From a virus (Duplodnaviria > Heunggongvirae > Uroviricota > Caudoviricetes), in IMG/VR virus record IMGVR_UViG_3300042448_001193: 64,000 nt of DNA. The stretch is one strand, 5' to 3'. Below, in pieces: positions 57,166 through 64,000 of the stretch (the first letter of the stretch is position 1; each line of letters starts with the position of its first letter). Position numbers and translations under genes: made by a program. The notes beneath the pieces were generated by a model. That model made no database searches. It was not told the origin of the DNA and saw only the letters and a list, made by a program, of their open reading frames with translations.

Positions 57166-58494
57166 TTAGAAACTCAGGATAAAACGGATTCTTTCCGTTT
57201 GTGAGGGATCGCGTGTGATCGGCAGTTTATCTGATATGTATAAAATCTTGCCGGTATATAAATCTAATGTGGGCGCTTTGATTGAGTTAACAACACGAAT
57301 TGAGCCTGAAGATAGACCTTTGATGGTCTGATTTTGTTGCAGTGTTCCACGAACGTCATTGATGTATAGGTAATTTTGTACTTCATCGAATGAAATTACA
57401 TTTGCTGTAAATGTCGCATCTCCAAAAGTTGCGCCTTGATATACAATTTCGTCTGTATTGAAATCTCCAACACCAGGAGAAGTTTTGATTCGTGTGTATA
57501 ATGTATATGAACTGCCTGCGGCCAGTACTTGACCGCCAGACTCATTAGGATTATGCAACAATACTATTTCACGGAAATCATTTTCTGTCGGTAAAGTGTC
57601 ATTTTCATCACCATCAAATTCAACGTTGAACATGATGGTTGACGCATTCAATTCATAAACAGGATCAAAACCGTGTCCTGAATGCGGTGCAATAGAAACA
57701 ACTGCTGCGCCACCTGATCCGATACCACCAGCAACATCCTGAATCGTTATTGCGGCGTATGTATAATCTGAACCCCTATTCTGGATAATTACATCCTGAA
57801 TTTGTCCACCAGCAACGTTGGCCTTCAATATCGCACCAGTTCCATCACCCTCAATAGAGATGATCGATTGGGTTGAACCATTTGTGTAATTGTTTCCACT
57901 ATTTGTAATTGTCACCACATCAATGGAGCCCGGTGCTGCGGCCGCCCTTACGAATTTGTTGAACGTAACAGGCATCCATTCATCACCCAAAAATTTCTGT
58001 TTTTGCGTTGATGTTAATGTGTAAAGATATTTCCATTTGTAACCATCAGCGGTTTCAATGTATGGTTCTTCAAGTGAGGTTGTTGATAGTGTGAGTTCAG
58101 GCTGTGATGTTGATGCCAAATTTGACCTGACATTTGATAGACACTTGAAAACTTGATCACTGGTATTCAACACATAAAAATTTGTATTTGATGTGTATGT
58201 GGAATAAACTGTGTTCGCCTGCCAGTTTATTCTTGGAACGACAAGGGTAGCATTCTCCAAGGAAATCTGTTTTGCCAGAATTCCTCTTCTGTAATACTCA
58301 TTAATTGCGTTATCGGAGTCTATAGGAGCCGGTGGAATTTCTGTGCCGGAATTCCACGGCAGTGCTTTTCCTATGAATGTGTAGACATAGGACTTCCTAG
58401 CTTCTGGCAAATATGCGTTTGAGCCAATATCAAGCAAATTCAGAATTTGCTTGGCCATAAGGATTTTGAAATTTTTTGTTAATAACGATGACAT
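57166..58494 (-). CDS. gp8: Baseplate wedge protein
   Basis: Y.FIGK..PW, VVPRINW, FYVLN....VFKCL.N, DGYKWKYLYT, WMPV, P..GHG.DP..EL, ERIRFILSF. Confidence 0.9.
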   Translation of the reverse strand: MSSLLTKNFKILMAKQILNLLDIGSNAYLPEARKSYVYTFIGKALPWNSGTEIPPAPIDSDNAINEYYRRGILAKQISLENATLVVPRINWQANTVYSTYTSNTNFYVLNTSDQVFKCLSNVRSNLASTSQPELTLSTTSLEEPYIETADGYKWKYLYTLTSTQKQKFLGDEWMPVTFNKFVRAAAAPGSIDVVTITNSGNNYTNGSTQSIISIEGDGTGAILKANVAGGQIQDVIIQNRGSDYTYAAITIQDVAGGIGSGGAAVVSIAPHSGHGFDPVYELNASTIMFNVEFDGDENDTLPTENDFREIVLLHNPNESGGQVLAAGSSYTLYTRIKTSPGVGDFNTDEIVYQGATFGDATFTANVISFDEVQNYLYINDVRGTLQQNQTIKGLSSGSIRVVNSIKAPTLDLYTGKILYISDKLPITRDPSQTERIRFILSF

Positions 58495-58498
58495 GGTT

Positions 58499-58506
58499 TA
58501 TTTATC
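58499..58506 (-). promoter_or_regulatory. Late promoter variant (GATAAATA) for gp8
   Basis: ATAAATA overlapping the gp7 stop, just before the gp8 ATG. Confidence 0.6.
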
Positions 58507-61291
58507 TGTGTTTCTGTACGTTGGCTGTCAAGAATGAACCATTATGTCTATAATTTGTTGTAACAGTGATTGTGTTGGCCGTAACTGCTGAGACTTTCTT
58601 AATTTCCGCATATATCACGTTCGCTGTTACTGAAGCTGATGTGACACCAATTATTGTATCAACTGTGGCATATGTCGAGTTTGACACCTCTGTAATCGTG
58701 ACTGTGTTTCCTGTTGATAGGTTAAGAACATCACCTTCTAACAAATCATTGATAAAGTTGACACTGTTTGCAGCACCAAAAATAACATTTGATCCAGAAA
58801 CAACATTCATTGTATTCTGGATTGGCTTGTTAATACTGTTTATAATTATGTAGTCACCAACATTCACTGTCGATCTCAAATTGGATGAAACATTCGTAGA
58901 AGTTACAATATTTGAATTGCTTGAAATATTATAACTGTCGTTCAATGTTGTGATCAACAGAGTTTGTGAATTTGAACCATAAGGCACAGTTTCTTGATTA
59001 TCGTCAATCCTAGTTACAAAGATTTTTGTTCCCACTGGATGAGATATATCATACAATGGATTCTTAAATTTAGAATAATCAGTTCTGGATTTAATGATGT
59101 ATGAGAAATTGTGATACTTTTCACCATCTTGCAAACGCTTATCAGAACTAACTTGGCCATCCGTATTCAGATAGAGTCCTGGATATCTAATCAGACCATT
59201 CTCAAAATCTGCTGTAGCCTTAGCACGACCATCACCATAGAATGAGGATGAAATAACGTCAGCATTGACTGTTCCATCATCGCTGTTTATCTTGATATTT
59301 GTATCAACTGTGCCGCGATAATCAAAAACACGTAGAATGCCTGTTGCAGGATTGTAACTATCAACAGTCGCCTTGAATGTTGTAGCAACATTAGACGCTC
59401 CCTGATAAACACTGGTGTTGGAAACAAAAAGCTGTCCTTCCGTCGTGTTGCTAACCACCAAATCTGCATTTCTCAAAGAAATCTTTGGAGTCTCAACATA
59501 ATCATAACCATAGCTGGTAATTCTCAGTGACGATATTGAGCCAATTCTAGATGTGGTCAAATCTAGTGATTCACCATCACCTGTAACCTCACTCACATGC
59601 AGGACCGCATTTGCACCATTAGCTGATTGGACAGATAATGACGGCAAAGAATCTCTAGCATATCCTTCACCACCTATGACATATGCGCCAGATGAATGAT
59701 TGTTAATGGTGACAGTTTTGATTCCATTATTGCCAGCGAACACCTCAGAGACATATGCGTTAGCACCATATCCTGAGCCACCTGTGAATGTTATGATATC
59801 GTTTAGTTGATATCCAGTGCCACCTGACGTTACAACAATTCTTCCTAGTGATCCTAGTTTATACAAATCGTTACGATTCACCTTAAACACTGAAACACCA
59901 CTAATGTCATTTGGAAAAACATTAGCAAAACCTATTGTGTTAGTGGTTACTGAATCCACAACCAACACTTCTTCATAGCGATTATTTAAGAACAGGCGAA
60001 CATAGTCACCTGGTTCAAATGAATTTGCCAGGTTCTGTGTGTTGTCTGTTATTATTCTTGTTCCTTTGATGATACTTGCAGACGATATAACAAGAGAATC
60101 ATCATAAATTTCATTATACAGACTAAATGTTTCTAAGCTGGGCTTTGATCTGTATCCGCCACCAGAGCCTGATAGAGACACAAACGACATTGAGTATACG
60201 TTGAACGAATCAAATCCTGTAATAGAACTGATTGTGTTTGACTCTATTGATGCGATATTGATATGTGCGGAATTCAGTGTGCTTACACTTGTGGTTGCAA
60301 CGTTAATTGTCCGACTGCTGTTTCCATCAACCAATGACAATTCAGCTTTAGCTTCTGTGCCGAATATGGATCCATCAAACCCACCAACAAAATCAAATAT
60401 GATTGTATCCGGATCATCATCTTGGTTTCTAAATCCAAAGCCACCATTCGTGATGGCAATATCTGTGATACTACCTTTAGTTGTTTGTCCCACGTGAGCT
60501 ATCGCGCCAACTGGTGATGAAGCTAGTGGATTTAAACCTCCAACAATAGTTACTGGATCACCTGGATAACCAGTTGTTTCATCATAGCCATTATACAATA
60601 AGCCACGATTTCTAGGATCAATGCTAATTTCAGACAAAGCGCCAACCAAACGACCAGAGACACTTATGTCTTGTGTGCCGTTGTTATATACCGCGCTGAC
60701 TATTTCACCTGTTGTAAACTGCCTGCTGACGTTTGAAACATACACTTCGATGTATGTGATGCCTAACTGTCGATCAACTGAGCGAATAACTTTTTCAACA
60801 ACCGCAGTTGCTTTTGATGTTTGGCCAGTTAGTAAAGTTTTCTCGATATTGAGAATGTTGGAATCATTTGTATCTATCCTGAGTGCCAATGGCAACACCC
60901 ATTTTCCGTCTGATGCTATTAGAATGTCATCTTTAGGATAATAGATATCAATATTTTCATTGTATAGTGCTCTGAAAAGGAATTTGATAGAGTTCTGTGT
61001 TCCATTTGTGCGATAGAAAGCACCGATCAATTTCAGGAACAAACGCTTGTCTGCCATTATTTCGCTAGGAAAATATGGTAGAAGATCCTGTCTCAGTTGT
61101 TCCAGGTAGAAATTGTTGGATGCATCAATGTCAAAGGAATTTTTTAGATTGTGTAACTCTTCAGAAACTTGCTGTGTCGTTTCCAACCACTCATAGTATT
61201 TCTCGAGGAATAATATGAACGTAGGATATTCGTCCCGAACAAATCCCGGGACGTGGTTTTTCACCAAACTTGAGAGTAGTGTTTTTTCCAT
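58502..61291 (-). CDS. gp7: Baseplate wedge initiator
   Basis: VPGFVRDEYP.FI.FLE.YYEWL, FYRTNGT.NS..FLFR.LY, YYPKD.IL..SDGKW, LQDG..YHNFSY.IKS, HPVGTK.F. Confidence 0.88.
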   Translation of the reverse strand: MEKTLLSSLVKNHVPGFVRDEYPTFILFLEKYYEWLETTQQVSEELHNLKNSFDIDASNNFYLEQLRQDLLPYFPSEIMADKRLFLKLIGAFYRTNGTQNSIKFLFRALYNENIDIYYPKDDILIASDGKWVLPLALRIDTNDSNILNIEKTLLTGQTSKATAVVEKVIRSVDRQLGITYIEVYVSNVSRQFTTGEIVSAVYNNGTQDISVSGRLVGALSEISIDPRNRGLLYNGYDETTGYPGDPVTIVGGLNPLASSPVGAIAHVGQTTKGSITDIAITNGGFGFRNQDDDPDTIIFDFVGGFDGSIFGTEAKAELSLVDGNSSRTINVATTSVSTLNSAHINIASIESNTISSITGFDSFNVYSMSFVSLSGSGGGYRSKPSLETFSLYNEIYDDSLVISSASIIKGTRIITDNTQNLANSFEPGDYVRLFLNNRYEEVLVVDSVTTNTIGFANVFPNDISGVSVFKVNRNDLYKLGSLGRIVVTSGGTGYQLNDIITFTGGSGYGANAYVSEVFAGNNGIKTVTINNHSSGAYVIGGEGYARDSLPSLSVQSANGANAVLHVSEVTGDGESLDLTTSRIGSISSLRITSYGYDYVETPKISLRNADLVVSNTTEGQLFVSNTSVYQGASNVATTFKATVDSYNPATGILRVFDYRGTVDTNIKINSDDGTVNADVISSSFYGDGRAKATADFENGLIRYPGLYLNTDGQVSSDKRLQDGEKYHNFSYIIKSRTDYSKFKNPLYDISHPVGTKIFVTRIDDNQETVPYGSNSQTLLITTLNDSYNISSNSNIVTSTNVSSNLRSTVNVGDYIIINSINKPIQNTMNVVSGSNVIFGAANSVNFINDLLEGDVLNLSTGNTVTITEVSNSTYATVDTIIGVTSASVTANVIYAEIKKVSAVTANTITVTTNYRHNGSFLTANVQKHR

Positions 61292-63363
61292 TAAATTTGA
61301 ACTGTCTTAATGACAATACTCGTTGTATCGTCCGCATCCAATACAAGCATCTTGTTCAGCTTGGATTGTATGATATTTATAGCGGGTTTCATGTGTAATG
61401 TTATGTCACCGAAGAAGTTATTGACAGCACTTGGCATGAACTCATTCAGTGTAATTTTGCCTAGCACATAGTCAATTTCACCCATAATACCACCATTTCT
61501 GTTGGTGTTAATAATTACTTTCGTACTTTGGCTGCTGACCTCATCTTGTTTGAAATAAGCAATTCTGATTTTGCCGTAACGTCCTTCAAGCACCGCGCTT
61601 GCTGATGCAATACTTCCACCTCCGCCAGTGATTCTAATTGCGGCTGTTGTGTAACCAATGCCTGGATTAGTTACATTAACACGATATAGTTTTCCGTTAA
61701 CAATCTCTGCAACAGCTTTTGCACCCGAACCATCACCCACAATTTCCACAGTTGGTGTTGATGTGTATCCGAAGCCCGGATTTATTACAGTAACAGATTC
61801 TAGGCCCGTGAAAGATGATGGTATCTCTTCAAAGAAACATTGGCGACTAATTCCAAACTCATCTTGCATGGTGAAGTCTGGAGAAGAATAGAAAGTATCA
61901 TTTGTTGAACCCCTCTTCAATTCTACTCCAAAGTCCAAAATATAACTATCTGATCTATTCAGCACAGGTCTAAACTTTTTACCTATAAACAAATCCACTT
62001 CGTTTGATGTAATCGACCTGTCATAGTTGTCTATTGCGGTCTTCAACCCAGAGTATTTAAAGTATGAGTTGAACTGGTTTAAGTTTTCGTCACAGTAATT
62101 TTGGATGGTGGTCGCCAATCCCGTTTTGACTTCACCATCAGATTGTGTAGTCTTTGTTTTGTCATAGAAAACTGTCGCCTGAATCTTCAGATAGTTGTAG
62201 TCGATATCAACGACTTCTGGTGTAACTGTCAGAATACTGATAGGTTTTAATATTTCATTCTTGACGAATTCTTTTTCTGTGTCAGTAACTTCGAAACCTA
62301 GCCTTGGCTTACCAGCAATAAAGACTTTACCATAAACTGGTGGAGTGTTCTCTTCGCCGCCCCATACGTTAACAGCTTCCCATGAAGGATATCTCTGTTG
62401 TATTAGACGAATATAGTCATTTTTCGTAACAGCTCTGTTCTGAGACAGCAAGTTCAGTGGAGCTCCGAATTTTATCTGATCAATAGTTTCGCGTTGTGAT
62501 CCACCTGATGCCGCATTTATGGTGGTAACTGTAATATTTGAGAATGCACCTATGGTTGAATTCACCTTGAATAAGCTGGCCTGATTTGTTACTTCGGCGT
62601 TGGTTGTCAAGTATGATAGAGTTATGACTGCGCCATCCGATAACTTTTTACCCAAAATTCCATCGCCAAAATACACCTCATAATTTCCATTCAATGCTTC
62701 TTGGAGGAAATATACTTCAGATGTTGTTGTTAGATCCAGTGCCTCAGTATTCAATGAATACAGGGTAGTATCCGTGTTTGCGGCTGATGCTCTAACAGAA
62801 ACAGTTATTGTTGATGTGTCGATATTGGATTCGGGAAGCTCAAATATTTGTCTTGGATTAGACAGTTCGGTGTGAGTGTATGAATAGGTAAATATTTTAC
62901 CCTCATAGATGGGTATATTATTGAAAATGAATTTTGTGCCTACCTTAGCAACACTATAAGATTCCAATGTCACAAATGTGTATGCTCTATCGTCAATTTG
63001 ATCCGATATGAATATGAACCCTTTAGGAAGAACCAAAGTACCTGCAGCAGATGATCCTGTTTCCACTTCAACACGAACGATTGCACGTGGTGCTGTTGGT
63101 GATCTTGGTGTATATCCAAATGCTTTTGCATGTGATACCACAGAACTCCTAAGCATTGCTGATTCCATGAATGACTCATTGGCAATCATGTTCAGATAGT
63201 ATGCGTTGTAATGTGTGTTGTATGCTAAAACATCCAATAAAATGTTTAGTCCTGAGCCTTCAAAATCATAATCAGCAAACTCAGTCTGCTGTCTCATGAA
63301 ATTTTTCAAATTGGTTTTGATCTGATCAAAATCTAATTCGGTTACCTGTAAGCGATCTGCCAT
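61291..63363 (-). CDS. gp6: Baseplate wedge subunit
   Basis: ELDFDQIK.NL, DYDFEGSGL..LLD.LAYNTHYNA, ESAMLRSSVVSHAK..GYTP, QNRAVT.NDY, WGGEEN.PP.YGKVFI. Confidence 0.95.
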   Translation of the reverse strand: MADRLQVTELDFDQIKTNLKNFMRQQTEFADYDFEGSGLNILLDVLAYNTHYNAYYLNMIANESFMESAMLRSSVVSHAKAFGYTPRSPTAPRAIVRVEVETGSSAAGTLVLPKGFIFISDQIDDRAYTFVTLESYSVAKVGTKFIFNNIPIYEGKIFTYSYTHTELSNPRQIFELPESNIDTSTITVSVRASAANTDTTLYSLNTEALDLTTTSEVYFLQEALNGNYEVYFGDGILGKKLSDGAVITLSYLTTNAEVTNQASLFKVNSTIGAFSNITVTTINAASGGSQRETIDQIKFGAPLNLLSQNRAVTKNDYIRLIQQRYPSWEAVNVWGGEENTPPVYGKVFIAGKPRLGFEVTDTEKEFVKNEILKPISILTVTPEVVDIDYNYLKIQATVFYDKTKTTQSDGEVKTGLATTIQNYCDENLNQFNSYFKYSGLKTAIDNYDRSITSNEVDLFIGKKFRPVLNRSDSYILDFGVELKRGSTNDTFYSSPDFTMQDEFGISRQCFFEEIPSSFTGLESVTVINPGFGYTSTPTVEIVGDGSGAKAVAEIVNGKLYRVNVTNPGIGYTTAAIRITGGGGSIASASAVLEGRYGKIRIAYFKQDEVSSQSTKVIINTNRNGGIMGEIDYVLGKITLNEFMPSAVNNFFGDITLHMKPAINIIQSKLNKMLVLDADDTTSIVIKTVQI

Positions 63364-63388
63364 TTTAAGTCACTTGCTTTCTGTTATT

Positions 63389-63793
63389 TTATCTACTACG
63401 CTGTAGGAAGAACTGTATTGAGATGGGTTCAGTTTTATTGATGATTCTAAATTCCATAGAAACATTGTATGAATTATTATCAAAGTCCGGCAAAATATTC
63501 ATATACGTTATCTGTGCCCTTGGCTCAAAGTTTCGTAGAGTGTCTGTTATCTGACGCTCCAGTGCCGATGCTGTTATTTGATCCATGTTATCAAATAACA
63601 ATTTGCGAACATTTGAACCCAAATCAGGCTGAAACGGACGCTCATAGTGATTCGTCAATAGCAAGTTTTTGATGGAATTGATTACGGCCATCTCATCCAC
63701 AACCTTAGTCACGTCCTTTTTGATAGGATGACTATTGAAGTTCAGATCCAGATCAATGAATCTTTTCGTAATATTAGCGTTTAATGTTGCCAT
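63389..63793 (-). CDS. gp25: Baseplate wedge subunit (sheath initiation)
   Basis: DLDLNF..HP..KDV, INSIKNL.LT...ERPFQP.LGS, FEPRA. Confidence 0.92.
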   Translation of the reverse strand: MATLNANITKRFIDLDLNFNSHPIKKDVTKVVDEMAVINSIKNLLLTNHYERPFQPDLGSNVRKLLFDNMDQITASALERQITDTLRNFEPRAQITYMNILPDFDNNSYNVSMEFRIINKTEPISIQFFLQRSR

Positions 63794-63797
63794 TTAT

Positions 63798-63805
63798 TAT
63801 TTATT
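63798..63805 (-). promoter_or_regulatory. Late promoter variant (AATAAATA) for gp25-gp6
   Basis: ATAAATA immediately before the gp25 ATG. Confidence 0.6.
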
Positions 63806-64000
63806 CAACTGGGTATTGAATTTGCTGCGTTGGCCATATTGTCTATCAATAAATCTGTACCGATTAGATTGTTGACCATGGATTTTTGTGAATTTCCCAT
63901 TGAAGAGAACTTGCTTAGAAAAACTGTGTCCATCACCAATTCTTGAGACTTTTCAAAGAAATTCCAATCATGATTTCTGCGTGTTGCGATCAGAGTATTC
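63805..64000 (-). CDS. 3' end of an unidentified gene entering from the right edge
   Basis: Open frame NTLIATRRNHDWNFFEKSQEL...ANSIPS* ending at TGA 63805-63807. Confidence 0.55.
   Translation of the reverse strand, partial: NTLIATRRNHDWNFFEKSQELVMDTVFLSKFSSMGNSQKSMVNNLIGTDLLIDNMANAANSIPS

Noticed and set aside
1-64000. tRNA or rRNA genes, or stop-codon reassignment
   Set aside because: Intergenic gaps are short with no cloverleaf or T-loop motifs recognised, and all core genes translate full length in the standard code.

Overview
The whole window is part of a large T4-like (T-even superfamily) myophage genome, with essentially every gene on the minus strand. The gene order (gp55-Sm-like-uvsW-uvsY-gp3-gp23, no gp24/soc/hoc, a VrlC/DUF4815-type baseplate protein) resembles aquatic cyanophage/pelagiphage-type T4-like phages rather than enterobacterial T4. 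In transcription order (right to left) it holds: baseplate genes (gp25, gp6, gp7, gp8, VrlC-like); a roughly 20 kb island of fibre/adhesin genes, three of them with C-terminal S74-type chaperones; a late-promoter-driven enzyme cluster (two GT-A glycosyltransferases, one fused to a methyltransferase, a GT9-like enzyme, a sulfotransferase and a CysC-like kinase fused to an HxGH nucleotidyltransferase); a lipoprotein; neck, terminase, tail and head genes (gp13-gp23); gp3, uvsY, uvsW, gp55, a cytidylyltransferase, gp47/gp46, peptide deformylase, a TAGT-like DNA glycosyltransferase with its small partner, and a truncated metallopeptidase-vWA gene. The best candidate for a new system is the glycosylation/methylation/sulfation cluster placed directly behind a 1560-aa Cys-rich fibre built of about 64 17-aa repeats rich in N-T-T sequons, which may be a phage-encoded virion-decoration pathway. 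All family assignments come from motif recognition by eye; no database searches were run.
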